Shown piece after piece: positions 35,496 through 45,024 of a stretch of DNA of 64,000 nucleotides. The notes under the pieces were generated by a model. That model did no database searches. It saw only the letters and a list, made by a program, of their open reading frames with translations, and had not been told where the DNA came from. The DNA is from Candidatus Dormiibacterota bacterium. GTDB lineage: Bacteria > Chloroflexota > Dormibacteria > Aeolococcales > Aeolococcaceae. The number at the start of each line of letters is the position of its first letter. The stretch's first letter is position 1. The translations under genes were made by a program, and so were the position numbers. The stretch lies in contig CAVWEG010000008.1 of NCBI GenBank assembly GCA_963754015.1, positions 90,473-154,472 of the forward strand, written 5' to 3'.

Positions 35496-37711
35496 GTTTG
35501 TGTCTCCTTGGTTGTGTTGTCCACCGCTGCGGCGGGCTCCTTGAGCGCGCGCGCCACGTACACCGCGACGTCGTCGACGGCGAGTGTGTCGCCGATCTGC
35601 TTGGCGGAGATGCCCTCATCGAACATCGCCAGGCAGAACGGGCACGCCGTGGCTACCTTCGTCGCCTGCGTATCGACGGCCTGATCGACCCTGCGGTGGT
35701 TGACCCGCGGCCGCCCCTCCTCCATCCACATTCTGCCGCCGCCCGCGCCGCAGCACATACCCTCACTCTTGCTGCGTGCCATCTCGACCACCTTGAGCCC
35801 GGGAATGCGCTCGAGGATCTCCCGTGGCGGCGCGAAGATGTCGTTCCAGCGTCCGAGGTAGCACGAGTCGTGGTACGTGATGGTCTCTTCGGCGACGGAC
35901 TTGTCCTCGAGGGTGATGCGACCTTCCTTGAGCAGACGATCGATCAGCTGCGTGTGGTGGATCACCTCGTAGTCACCGCCGAAGTCCTTGTACTCATTGG
36001 CAAACGTGTTGAAGCAGTGCGGGCAGGACGCGATGATCTTGCGCACGCTGTACTTCTTGAGCACCTCGACGTTCTCTTTCGCGCGCTCCTGAAAGAGATA
36101 CTCGTTGCCGATCCGTCGCGCGGGATCGCCGGTGCACTTCTCCTCGGTGCCGAGGATGGCGAAATCGACGCCGGCCGCCTTGAGAATCTTCGACAGTGCG
36201 GCGGCAATCGTGCGCGCGCGCTCGTCGAACGACGCCGCGCATCCAACCCAGTACAGATACTCGGCGTCGGGCTTGTCCGCGACGAACGCGATGTCGAGGT
36301 CCTTCGCCCAGTCGGCCCGTGTTTGGTGCGACAGCCCGTACGGATTGGCGACGTTCTCGATGTTGCGCAACGCCAACTCCGCCTGCTTCGGCATGCGCAA
36401 CTCGTCGAGCACGAGGTGGCGGCGCATGTCCATGATCTTCGGCACGTGCTCGATGAGCACCGGGCACTGGTCCATGCACGCGCCGCAGGTGGTGCACGAC
36501 CAGAGCGTCTCCTCGAGGATGGTGCCGCCGATGAGCGGCCGCGGACCGCCTTCCGGGACTGCAGCCGCGACATCCGTCGGCGACAGCCACGACGGCTGGA
36601 AGTGTCCCGGTAGATCGTGCACCGCGTCCGCGTGATGATCGCCACTTGTCCACATCACAGCGCTGTCTGCGCCGGACCCGGTCTCGTTGGCCGGGTGCGC
36701 GTCGTGCTTTGTTGCCGCGTATCCGCCCGCGAGGTTTTCATACGCAAGGTCGCGAAGATCCGTGATGAGCGTTTTCGGCGAGAGCGGCTTGCCCGTGTTG
36801 TATGCGGGGCAATGGGTCTGGCACCGACCGCACTCGGTGCACGTGTACAGATCCAGCATGTCCTTCCACGAGAACTGCTCGAGCGAGCCCGCGCCGAAAT
36901 GCTGGTCGGCCTCGTTCTCCGCGTTCATCACTGCCTCGATATCGAGCGTGCGCAACGCGCCTTTCGGCTCCTCGTTCTTGAAGAAGACGTTGGGAACCGA
37001 CGTGATGATGTGCAGGTGCTTGCTGTACCCGAGGTAGACGAGGAACCCGAAGACGAGCGAGAGGTGCGCCCAGAAGAAGATGCCGTGGAGCACGATGAGC
37101 GCCTCACTCCCGGAGCCGAGCGGGCGGAAGATGCTCGCCAGCGCCGATGCGATCGGGCGCCACTGACCGAGCGCCTCGGGCGCGCCCTCCGCGATGCGCG
37201 TCGCGTAGTTGAGCTCCATGCAGACGAGCAGAACGCCGATCCACGCGAGGATGAGAATCGCATCGCCGCGGTGGCTGCCGCGGAAGCGTGTCGGGTTGAT
37301 GACCAGGCGGTTGAAGAGCGCCATCACGATGCCGCAGATGACGACGAAGAAGAAGAGGTCCTGCAGGAACGCCAGCGCCCCGCTTCCCGGCAGGAGGTTG
37401 AACTGGAATCCCTGCCAGAGCGCCTCGACGATTCCCTGCGCGATCGCGGTGAGGAGCACGACGAATCCCCAGAAAATGAACGCGTGCAGCACGCCGGCAA
37501 GCGGCCAGCGGAGCAGCCGTCCCTGCGCAACGACGTAGATGAAGAACGCGCGAACGCGTGCAGCCGGATGGTCGAGGCGGCGCTCCGGACGCGACGTGCG
37601 TCGCATCTCGCCGAGCAACTTCCGCCAGCGCAAACCGGCGGCGACGAGCGACGCTCCCGCAAGGAGGACGAGCGCGATCGGACTGATCACCGCGGTCACG
37701 GCCGCGGACAT
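35492..37711 (-). CDS. membrane-bound (Fe-S) oxidoreductase, HdrD/GlpC-like with an N-terminal multi-TM domain (EtfD-like)
   Basis: N-terminal ~260 aa with 5-6 TM helices. Two ferredoxin-type clusters (CTECGRCQTHCP, CTTCGACMDQCP). Two CCG domains (VGCAASF..., ASCPHCFNTF, HDSCYLGR, CCGAGGG). The ATG at 37711 shares 1 nt with the crotonase stop (TGATG). Confidence 0.8.
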   Translation of the reverse strand: MSAAVTAVISPIALVLLAGASLVAAGLRWRKLLGEMRRTSRPERRLDHPAARVRAFFIYVVAQGRLLRWPLAGVLHAFIFWGFVVLLTAIAQGIVEALWQGFQFNLLPGSGALAFLQDLFFFVVICGIVMALFNRLVINPTRFRGSHRGDAILILAWIGVLLVCMELNYATRIAEGAPEALGQWRPIASALASIFRPLGSGSEALIVLHGIFFWAHLSLVFGFLVYLGYSKHLHIITSVPNVFFKNEEPKGALRTLDIEAVMNAENEADQHFGAGSLEQFSWKDMLDLYTCTECGRCQTHCPAYNTGKPLSPKTLITDLRDLAYENLAGGYAATKHDAHPANETGSGADSAVMWTSGDHHADAVHDLPGHFQPSWLSPTDVAAAVPEGGPRPLIGGTILEETLWSCTTCGACMDQCPVLIEHVPKIMDMRRHLVLDELRMPKQAELALRNIENVANPYGLSHQTRADWAKDLDIAFVADKPDAEYLYWVGCAASFDERARTIAAALSKILKAAGVDFAILGTEEKCTGDPARRIGNEYLFQERAKENVEVLKKYSVRKIIASCPHCFNTFANEYKDFGGDYEVIHHTQLIDRLLKEGRITLEDKSVAEETITYHDSCYLGRWNDIFAPPREILERIPGLKVVEMARSKSEGMCCGAGGGRMWMEEGRPRVNHRRVDQAVDTQATKVATACPFCLAMFDEGISAKQIGDTLAVDDVAVYVARALKEPAAAVDNTTKETQT

Positions 37712-38526
37712 CAGCGCCCCTTCCACTCCGGAGCGCGTTTCTGCAGGAAGGCCGCGATGCCCTCGGCGGCGTCCTCGCTGCCGAACAGCGTCACGAATTC
37801 ACGGCGCTCGGTATCGAGTGCCTCCTCGATGGCGAGGGTCGATCCCGCGTGCATCGCTCGCTTCGTGGCGGCGATCGCGAGCGGGGCCCTCGATGCCAGC
37901 AGCTCAGCCCAGCGTTGCGCCGCAGCAGGCAGGTCGTCGGGCTCGACAACCTCCGCGACCAACCCGAGGGCCAGGGCTCGGTCGGCGTCGATCGGATCAC
38001 CCGTGAGCAGCAACTCGGTAGCGCGGGCGGCGCCGATCAACCGCGGCAGCCGCTGCGTGCCGCCCCACCCGGGAATGATCCCGATCTTGATCTCAGGCTG
38101 GCCGAAGCGCGCGGTCCGGGATGCAATTCGGATGTCGCAGGCGAGGGTCAGCTCGCAACCTCCGCCGAACGCGATCCCATTGACGGCGGCGATCACGGGG
38201 AGCCGCGACGCCTCGATCGCGAGCGTGAGATGGGTCGCCTTGCCGACGGCCTCCGCGCCCCCACCGAACTCCTTGATGTCTGCGCCGGCCGAGAAGAATT
38301 TCGGGCCGTTGCCGGTGATGATCAGCGCGCGGCACGTGTCGTCAGCTTCCGCGTTCGCGAGCCCCTCAGCCAGGCCGCTGACGACTTCGCCGTTGACGGC
38401 GTTCGCGGGCGGATGGTCGATGGTGAGCGTGACGACGGCGCCTTCACGGTCGACCCGGATGACGTCATGGAGAACCTGACCCACGAGCTCTGCCTCCCGC
38501 GTTGTGATGACGGTTGTGTGCGTCAT
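37711..38526 (-). CDS. enoyl-CoA hydratase (crotonase family)
   Basis: The ATG at 38526. FFSAGADIKEF, AAVNGIAFGGGCELTLACDIRIA, FGQPEIKIGIIPGWGGTQRL. The upstream 153 codons of the ORF are shadow sequence. Confidence 0.9.
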   Translation of the reverse strand: MTHTTVITTREAELVGQVLHDVIRVDREGAVVTLTIDHPPANAVNGEVVSGLAEGLANAEADDTCRALIITGNGPKFFSAGADIKEFGGGAEAVGKATHLTLAIEASRLPVIAAVNGIAFGGGCELTLACDIRIASRTARFGQPEIKIGIIPGWGGTQRLPRLIGAARATELLLTGDPIDADRALALGLVAEVVEPDDLPAAAQRWAELLASRAPLAIAATKRAMHAGSTLAIEEALDTERREFVTLFGSEDAAEGIAAFLQKRAPEWKGR

Positions 38527-38573
38527 ACAGCAAATGACCGCGCTGACGCCGTGATGCGGACAGGGGGCGCGAG

Positions 38574-38579
38574 TAGAGT
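38574..38579 (+). promoter_or_regulatory. putative -10 hexamer TAGAGT, leaderless-type promoter
   Basis: TAGAGT is followed by 8 nt and then the GTG at 38588. There is no room for a Shine-Dalgarno sequence. Confidence 0.4.
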
Positions 38580-38587
38580 GCCGAGGC

Positions 38588-39181
38588 GTGGAGCTTCCCT
38601 CCCTCGCCGACCGCATCGAGCCCGACGCACTGCGCGAACTGAGCGACGATGATCTCGATGCTGTGGGAGCGGCGTTGCAGGCGACCGAACGGGCAACGAT
38701 CGCCGCCATGGCTCCGTACGAGCAGCACCTCCGCGAGATCCGCATGCGCGCAACGGAGCTCGCGACCGAGCGCCGGCGGCGCGAACGCGCGCAGCAGGTC
38801 GCGCAGCGTGCCGGCGTGCGCGAGGCCGCCAAATCGGGCGGGATGCCGAGCCTCGAAGTGGCGCTCGCGAGTCCCGACGAGGCGTTCGACCCCGCCACAG
38901 CGTTGACGATCGTCCCCGCGTTTCTCAGCAGCGGCGGCCAGGTTGGTTTCGGCTTTGCGACACGTCCGGGAACGATGACGTTCACCGACGGGCGTCAGCA
39001 GCGTCAGGCGCGCACGTGGGGCGAGGCGAGGGAGCTGCACGCCCTGGGATGGGATCCGGGAGCACCGGGCGTGCCAGGTGTCCGCGTCCATCTCGCCGGG
39101 AGCCGGGTGGAGCGCGTCGTCAGCGCACGCGACGTTGTGCTCGACCTCTCCTCGACGGATCCGTCAGCTGCCGCTGGCTGA
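38588..39181 (+). CDS. hypothetical protein (197 aa), no recognisable family
   Basis: GTG ORF with strong G/C third-position bias. An acidic helical N-terminal half is followed by a Gly/Pro-containing C-terminal half. It overlaps the convergent tmk 3' end by 18 nt. Confidence 0.5.
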   Translation: MELPSLADRIEPDALRELSDDDLDAVGAALQATERATIAAMAPYEQHLREIRMRATELATERRRRERAQQVAQRAGVREAAKSGGMPSLEVALASPDEAFDPATALTIVPAFLSSGGQVGFGFATRPGTMTFTDGRQQRQARTWGEARELHALGWDPGAPGVPGVRVHLAGSRVERVVSARDVVLDLSSTDPSAAAG

Positions 39182-39838
39182 CCTCAGCGGTGGGATGGTC
39201 GGAGCGGCGGGAAGCCGCTGCACGATCACCTTCTCGATGTCGCGCGAGACGGTGATCGCGGGCCGGGTGGCGTCGATGCGCAGGAACCGGCGCGGGTGCT
39301 GTGCCGCAAGTTGCTCAAACGCTGCTTCGACGGCGGCGTGGAACGTCTCAGGAGCCACCTCGAAGCGATCGAGCGGGAGCTGCTGAGCTCGCTGACGTTG
39401 CGCTGCTGCCGCACCGGGGATGGCGAGGTAGAGGGTCAGGTCGGGCCAGACGTCGCCACACGCGGCCGCGTGCAGGCGAAGCAGGTCGCTCGGCGGGATC
39501 CCCCGGCCGCCGCCCTGATACGCGATCGTCGAGTCTGCATAGCGATCGGCGATGACCACCGCGCCGCGCCGGAGCGCGGGAAGGATCGTCTCGTGGAGCA
39601 ACTGCACGCGCTCGGCGGTGAAGAGCAGTGCCTCGGACCACGCTTCGAGCGCGGGGCCGCGCTGGTGCTGAAGGACGAAGCTGTGCAGGATCTCGCCGAG
39701 CGGCGTCTCGTCCGGGCGGACGGTGACGACCTCATGTCCCTGCTGACGGAGTGACCCCGCCAGCGACGCAACCTGCGTGCTTTTGCCGGCTCCGTCGAGA
39801 CCCTCGAATGAGATGAAAAAGCCGCGCCAGACGCTCAT
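39164..39838 (-). CDS. tmk: thymidylate kinase
   Basis: The ATG at 39838 gives MSVWRGFFISFEGLDGAGKSTQ (P-loop). DRYADSTIAYQGGGRG is the DRY/LID region. Confidence 0.85.
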   Translation of the reverse strand: MSVWRGFFISFEGLDGAGKSTQVASLAGSLRQQGHEVVTVRPDETPLGEILHSFVLQHQRGPALEAWSEALLFTAERVQLLHETILPALRRGAVVIADRYADSTIAYQGGGRGIPPSDLLRLHAAACGDVWPDLTLYLAIPGAAAAQRQRAQQLPLDRFEVAPETFHAAVEAAFEQLAAQHPRRFLRIDATRPAITVSRDIEKVIVQRLPAAPTIPPLRSASGS

Positions 39839-39882
39839 GTCAATCACTACTCCCCGGCCACCGGGTTCCCCGCCCGGATGGC

Positions 39883-41556
39883 TCATTCCGCGGGTCGCAG
39901 TATGACGAGTCGTCGATTGGGTTCGTCACCGGTGCTGCGAGCAGAAAGCTCATGGCGCTCCACGAGTTGGTGCTGCAACCGGCGCACGTACGAGTTCTGC
40001 GGCGTGAGCTCCACGTCGTCACCGGTTCGTTGCATCTGCTCGATGCCTTCGATGACGTCCTGCATCGCCGCCTCGGTGTCGTCCGGATCGTCCAGGGGCG
40101 CTTCGACGCCGTACACCCGAGCGAGCGCTCCCTTGATCTGCGCGACCGTGTTGCTCCGCAGAACATGGATCGGGATGCCCGACAACTCCGCTGCGCGGAC
40201 CGGGGAGTCGTGGCGCCGGTAGTAGTTCTTCAGCGTCAGGACAACGTCGGCATCGTCGATGTGATGCTGGATGCGAACCGGCAGGTGCATCTCACGGAGT
40301 GACTGCTCGAGATAGCTGCGCGAAACGCCGTACGGAAAGATGGAGAGCGGTGGACCGGTGCGGACGGGTTGCGACTGGGCCGGCGTTTGGGCGGGTTGCT
40401 CCCAGTGCTGCCCGCGTCGCTGCTGCCCGGCGATGTACTCGTCGACGTCGAAACGGCGCTGGCGTTCCCTGCCGCGTCGCGCACTTCGCGCTCCGCTCGA
40501 GAACGGCGCAGGCTCGAACGGTGACGGGCGCAGGGCGACCGCGGACGTGTCGACGCGGCTGATGATCTCCCCGTCGTCGCCGCGGAGCCGCAGTTGGGGC
40601 GGACGGACCCTGCCGCGCAGCGCCTCGTCAACCGTCTCGGCCAGCGGCTGGTGCACGACGACGCGGTCGCGCTCCTGAATTTCGATGAGAACGTCGAACG
40701 TCGGCGGCGACTTGCGTTCGAGCACCGACTTCTGCGTGCCGCGCCGGCGCGCCTCCTCATCAGAGAGCGTGACCGTCTGAATGCCGCCGAGGAGGTCGTT
40801 CAGCGTCGGGTTGACGAGCAGCGAATCGATGTTGGAGCCGTGTGCGGTGCCCACGAGTTGCACGCCTCGCTCGGCGATGGTGCGCGCGGCGACGGCTTCG
40901 AGCTCGGTGCCGATCTCATCGATGACGATGCACTGCGGCATATGGTTTTCGACCGCTTCGATCATGACCGCGTGCTGCAGCGCCGGCGTGCGTACCTGCA
41001 TCCGCCGCGCGCGGCCGATGCCCGGGTGCGGGATGTCGCCGTCGCCGGCGATCTCGTTCGACGTGTCGACGATGACGACGCGCTTGCCGCACTCATCGCT
41101 GAGCACGCGCGCGCACTCACGGAGCATGGTGGTCTTGCCGATGCCGGGCGGCCCGAGCAGGAGGATCGACTGGCCGCTGATCACCATGTCCTTGATGATG
41201 TCGATGGTGCCGGTGACCGCACGACCCACTCTGCAGGTCAGCCCGACGATGTCACCCGCACGGTTGCGGATGGCGCTGATGCGATGCAGGGTGCGCTCGA
41301 TACCGGCTCGGTTGTCATCGCCGAACAGCCCGACGTGCTCGGTGACGTACTCGATCTCCGCATTGCCGACGTTGGCCGAGTCGAGGATCGCCTCGCCGTC
41401 GGTAAATCTCGCCTCGGGCTCACGGCCGAGGTCGAGCACCACTTCGAGGAGATCGCCTCGTCCCTGCGAGAGACGCTGCGCGGCGGAGGCGATACGGGGA
41501 GGGAGCGCTGCAAAGAGCAGATTGAGCTCCTCTTCCCACGAGGATCCGTATGGCAT
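39883..41556 (-). CDS. AAA ATPase with C-terminal R3H nucleic-acid-binding domain (Ycf45/SpoIIIAA-like)
   Basis: Walker [13 protein letters not shown], Walker [10 protein letters not shown]-terminal R3H region [36 protein letters not shown]. The ATG at 41556 shares 1 nt with the GNAT stop (TGATG). The ORF's upstream 158 codons overlap the GNAT gene. Confidence 0.8.
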   Translation of the reverse strand: MPYGSSWEEELNLLFAALPPRIASAAQRLSQGRGDLLEVVLDLGREPEARFTDGEAILDSANVGNAEIEYVTEHVGLFGDDNRAGIERTLHRISAIRNRAGDIVGLTCRVGRAVTGTIDIIKDMVISGQSILLLGPPGIGKTTMLRECARVLSDECGKRVVIVDTSNEIAGDGDIPHPGIGRARRMQVRTPALQHAVMIEAVENHMPQCIVIDEIGTELEAVAARTIAERGVQLVGTAHGSNIDSLLVNPTLNDLLGGIQTVTLSDEEARRRGTQKSVLERKSPPTFDVLIEIQERDRVVVHQPLAETVDEALRGRVRPPQLRLRGDDGEIISRVDTSAVALRPSPFEPAPFSSGARSARRGRERQRRFDVDEYIAGQQRRGQHWEQPAQTPAQSQPVRTGPPLSIFPYGVSRSYLEQSLREMHLPVRIQHHIDDADVVLTLKNYYRRHDSPVRAAELSGIPIHVLRSNTVAQIKGALARVYGVEAPLDDPDDTEAAMQDVIEGIEQMQRTGDDVELTPQNSYVRRLQHQLVERHELSARSTGDEPNRRLVILRPAE

Positions 41557-42650
41557 CACCTGGGCGACGATCTCTCTCTCCTTGGGACGGTTGTTGACAG
41601 GACGCGGAGCGGCACGGATGTCGACGGTGCGGGAATGCTTCGCGCGATCCCCGCATGGACGAGAACGGGTTTCTTGCGCCGCGAGACCGCCTGGATACGC
41701 ACTTTGGCGCCGAGCTCGCTGATGAGCAGCAACTGCGTGCCGTACACGGCGAACCCACGTTGCTGCAACGCGCGGATGAGCTCGGAGTTGTAGTGGCGCA
41801 GGACGCACGTCGCCGGCCCTGACGGCAGCTCGCGCAGGATGGCGTCGATGATCGCGTCGCGCAGGGCCGGGTCGTGGCCCTCGACCATCATGCTGAGGCT
41901 CGCCGGTTGCGCCGCCGTCGGGGGTCGAATCGCTGCCCAGGCGACAATGCCAGGGCGCTCGACGACGAGATGCTTCACGCTGTCGCGGCCGATCCCGGCG
42001 ACGAGGCCTTGCGCGTACGCGCCCTGCCACGTCTTCAGCGACGGACCCTCGACGTCCGCGACGTGCGACGGCGTCGTTCGCAGGTACAGCAGATGGATGG
42101 CGCCGATATCCTCACGTCGCGCGGTGCGGACGAGCGTCGACTGCACTGTCGTGTCGGGGTCGACGGCTGCTTCGTCCCGGTAGAGGATCTGTTCGGTTGC
42201 GAACTGCGTGAATCCGTGCTCGAGGAACACCGGCAGGAGCGGGTGGTCGAGCGGGAGCCGCACGTGCACGCGCTGGACACCATGCTCGAGACCGCGATTG
42301 CGCACGCCGTCTAGCAGTTCGGCACGCGCGAAGTGGCCGTGCGCGGTTGTCGAGGCGCACAGGTTGAGGATCTGCCACGACCGCGGGCGCACCGGGAGCG
42401 CCTGCACCTGCACGAAGCCGACCACGCCTTCCTTGGCGTCCTCGGCGACGAGCATCTCCTCGGCGAGATCTGTGATGGGCACCACTGAGGAGAGCGACTT
42501 CGTCAGTGCCTGCCAGAGGCGCCGGAGCGTCGCCTGGGGCACCGGGCTGTCGAGAGTCATCTGCGCTCCGTGGCGTTCGTCCTCGGTGGCCTCGCGGTAC
42601 AGCTGCTCGATGCGCGCGAGATCGCGGAACGACGCGGAGCGGATGATCAT
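41556..42650 (-). CDS. tandem GNAT-domain N-acetyltransferase-like protein
   Basis: 364 aa. Two repeats resembling the acetyl-CoA-binding fold ([16 protein letters not shown]...VVGFVQV...RGLEHGV; [16 protein letters not shown]...IVAWAAI...). The ATG overlaps the pdxT stop (ATGA). The family call comes from pattern recognition only. Confidence 0.6.
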   Translation of the reverse strand: MIIRSASFRDLARIEQLYREATEDERHGAQMTLDSPVPQATLRRLWQALTKSLSSVVPITDLAEEMLVAEDAKEGVVGFVQVQALPVRPRSWQILNLCASTTAHGHFARAELLDGVRNRGLEHGVQRVHVRLPLDHPLLPVFLEHGFTQFATEQILYRDEAAVDPDTTVQSTLVRTARREDIGAIHLLYLRTTPSHVADVEGPSLKTWQGAYAQGLVAGIGRDSVKHLVVERPGIVAWAAIRPPTAAQPASLSMMVEGHDPALRDAIIDAILRELPSGPATCVLRHYNSELIRALQQRGFAVYGTQLLLISELGAKVRIQAVSRRKKPVLVHAGIARSIPAPSTSVPLRVLSTTVPRRERSSPR

Positions 42651-43246
42651 GCGGCGCTCTCCTCCAGGACGGCAGCTGCTCGCTCCAGGAAGAGCTGATG
42701 GAGGCGCGGATCGTCGGTCATCTCGGGGTGGAAACCGAGCCCGATGTGCGGACCCTGCGCCACCGCCACGGCATTATCGCCAAAAGTGGCGATAACCTCC
42801 GCTGCAGGCCCGACCCTGACGATGAGGGGAGCGCGAATGAACACAGCTCGGAACGGAGCGGATCCGATCGGTGGGATGGACAGGTCGGCCTCGAACAACT
42901 CGACCTGGCGACCGTACCCATTGCGCCGCACGGTGACGTCGAGGACATCGAAATTGATCTGATCGGCACGGCCGTCGAGCATTTCGCTGCTGAGCAGAAT
43001 GAGGCCGGCGCAGGTGGACAGCGTCGGCATCCCGTGCGCAAGCCGCTCGCGAAGGGGAGCCTCCAGGCCGAAGACCTGGATGAGGCGGCTCATCGTCGTC
43101 GACTCGCCACCGGGCAGCACGAGCGCGTCGACGTGCTCGAGCTCCGTGGCAGTACGCACCGGCGTTGCCTCTGCGCCACAGCCGCGGAGTGCCGTGAGAT
43201 GTTCGCGGACGTCGCCCTGGAGGGCGAGAACGCCTACCCGCAGGAT
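42647..43246 (-). CDS. pdxT: pyridoxal 5'-phosphate synthase glutaminase subunit PdxT, apparently initiating at ATC 43246 or CTG 43243
   Basis: LPGGESTT, the catalytic CAGLILL, and FHPE. The first canonical start (GTG 43159) would delete the conserved N-terminus. The frame upstream reads ILRVGVLALQGDVREHLTALRGCGAEATPV and contains no ATG, GTG or TTG back to the stop at 43303-43305. GAGGGAG lies 5-8 nt upstream of ATC/CTG. Confidence 0.8.
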   Translation of the reverse strand: MLRVGVLALQGDVREHLTALRGCGAEATPVRTATELEHVDALVLPGGESTTMSRLIQVFGLEAPLRERLAHGMPTLSTCAGLILLSSEMLDGRADQINFDVLDVTVRRNGYGRQVELFEADLSIPPIGSAPFRAVFIRAPLIVRVGPAAEVIATFGDNAVAVAQGPHIGLGFHPEMTDDPRLHQLFLERAAAVLEESAA

Positions 43247-43350
43247 GGTCGCTCCCTCTTCAGCGGACGCGACGGCTCCGTCCCTGGCGGGGCAGGCTTC
43301 GCGTCATTCGCACACCTCTAGTGTACGCCCCCGGCGCGGCGTGGGCAGGC

Positions 43351-44268
43351 TCACCAACCCCGCGCGGCGAGCAGTTCGCCGGCCGGCATCGACGCGACAT
43401 CGAGCCCGGGCATCGCCTTGCCGAGGCCGGCACTGGCGTCGGCGATCGCCTGGGGATTGTCGAAGTACGTCGTTGCCGCGACGATAGCCTTCGCGTACGC
43501 CGGCGGATCGTTGCTCTTGAAGATGCCACTGCCGACGAAGTTGCCGTCACACCCGAGTTGCATCATCAGCGCGGCGTCCGCGGGCGTTGCGATACCGCCT
43601 GCGGAGAAGTTGACGACCGGCAGCTTCCCGGTGGCGTGAATCTCCTGCACGAGGTCGAACGGCGCACCGAGGTGTTTCGCCTCTGCCATCAGCTCGTCCT
43701 CGGACATCGCCGCGATACGCCGGATGCCACCGCGCACGGCGCGCATGTGACGCACGGCCTCAACGACGTTGCCGGTGCCCGCCTCGCCTTTCGTGCGGAT
43801 CATCGCAGCGCCTTCGCCGATCCGACGGAGCGCCTCGCCCAGGTCGCGCGCACCGCACACGAACGGGACATTGAATTTCCACTTGTCGATGTGGTTTTCC
43901 TCGTCTGCCGGAGTCAGCACCTCGGACTCGTCGATGTAATCGACACCCAACGCCTGCAGCACCTGCGCCTCGACGAAATGCCCGATGCGCGCCTTGGCCA
44001 TCACAGGGATCGTCACCGCGGCGATGATCTCCTTGATCAAGCCGACATCGCTCATGCGCGCGACACCACCATCGCGGCGGATGTCCGACGGCACACGTTC
44101 GAGGGCCATAACAGCGACCGCACCGGCGTCTTCGGCGATCTTCGCCTGGTCAGGCGTGACGACGTCCATGATCACGCCGCCTTTGAGCATCTCTGCAAGG
44201 CCGCGTTTGACCCGCACACCGCCGGTGTGGGGATCGTGTCCATTGGCTGCTGTCTTGTCGGTGGTCAT
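43351..44268 (-). CDS. pdxS: pyridoxal 5'-phosphate synthase lyase subunit PdxS
   Basis: [25 protein letters not shown], the GEAGTGN-type loop, and FVGSGIFKS. The ATG at 44268 is preceded by GAGGAG. Confidence 0.95.
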   Translation of the reverse strand: MTTDKTAANGHDPHTGGVRVKRGLAEMLKGGVIMDVVTPDQAKIAEDAGAVAVMALERVPSDIRRDGGVARMSDVGLIKEIIAAVTIPVMAKARIGHFVEAQVLQALGVDYIDESEVLTPADEENHIDKWKFNVPFVCGARDLGEALRRIGEGAAMIRTKGEAGTGNVVEAVRHMRAVRGGIRRIAAMSEDELMAEAKHLGAPFDLVQEIHATGKLPVVNFSAGGIATPADAALMMQLGCDGNFVGSGIFKSNDPPAYAKAIVAATTYFDNPQAIADASAGLGKAMPGLDVASMPAGELLAARGW

Positions 44269-44326
44269 GCTCTCGCTCCTCGCCCGGCTTGTTGCACCGG
44301 GGCACGCAGCCATTCTAAGCGTTTCC

Positions 44327-44905
44327 CTAAGGCTTTTTCGCTCGTGTCGCAGGTCTCGCTGTGCTTTTTGTTGCAGTCTTTGTGCTGCTTTTCGCAACGG
44401 GCTTCGCGGCTTTTGTTGCAGCTTTTGTTGTGCCCGCAGGTGCTGCTTTCGCGGCCGGTCGGGCGGCGTTGAGTTTCTCGGTGTGCAGTTTCAGCGTCTC
44501 CACGGAGCGCTGCAGGTTGCCACGCACGATCGGTTCGGCGGCCCGGCCAAGGAGCTTGCCGGCAATGCCACCGCCGAACTCGTACTCCATGTCAAACGTC
44601 ACGCTCGTGGCATTTCCCTTGGGAGCAAAGGCCCATTTGCCGATCTGCTTGAACCCTTCATGCGAATGCCATGCGATGGTCGTGTTCTCCGTCCACGTCG
44701 TGATGTCGACGACGGATGTGAGCGTCGTCGGACCGGCTTTCATACCGACGTTGAACTGCGCGCCCTTCCCATGCGTCACTTTGCCGGTGGGCTGCCACTT
44801 CACCAAATCCTTCATGTACTTGGTGGTGTTGCGGTAATCGTCGACGTATGCAAACACCGTTGACACTGGAGCGTTGATGGTCATGTCGATGGTGATACGG
44901 CCCAT
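44327..44905 (-). CDS. SRPBCC (START/polyketide-cyclase-like) domain protein with a Lys/Ala/Thr-rich basic tail
   Basis: The ATG at 44905 gives [31 protein letters not shown]... (SRPBCC N-terminus). The last ~45 aa are [42 protein letters not shown]. Confidence 0.7.
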   Translation of the reverse strand: MGRITIDMTINAPVSTVFAYVDDYRNTTKYMKDLVKWQPTGKVTHGKGAQFNVGMKAGPTTLTSVVDITTWTENTTIAWHSHEGFKQIGKWAFAPKGNATSVTFDMEYEFGGGIAGKLLGRAAEPIVRGNLQRSVETLKLHTEKLNAARPAAKAAPAGTTKAATKAAKPVAKSSTKTATKSTARPATRAKKP

Positions 44906-44946
44906 GTGCCTCAACTCCTGGCGCGGCGGCACCGCGCGATGACCTC

Positions 44947-44952
44947 AGTATG
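44947..44952 (-). promoter_or_regulatory. putative -10-like hexamer CATACT within the recurrent GTCGCATACT motif (minus strand)
   Basis: The minus strand reads GGCGTCGCATACTGAGG, 41 nt upstream of the SRPBCC ATG. It shares the 10-mer GTCGCATACT with 7340-7349 and 18453-18462. Confidence 0.3.
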
Positions 44953-45024
44953 CGACGCCGGGAGGCGCGCCGTTGAACGGCAATCGGGGGCGTCAAACGC
45001 GGGTGGTATCATCCGGGCCGGCGC

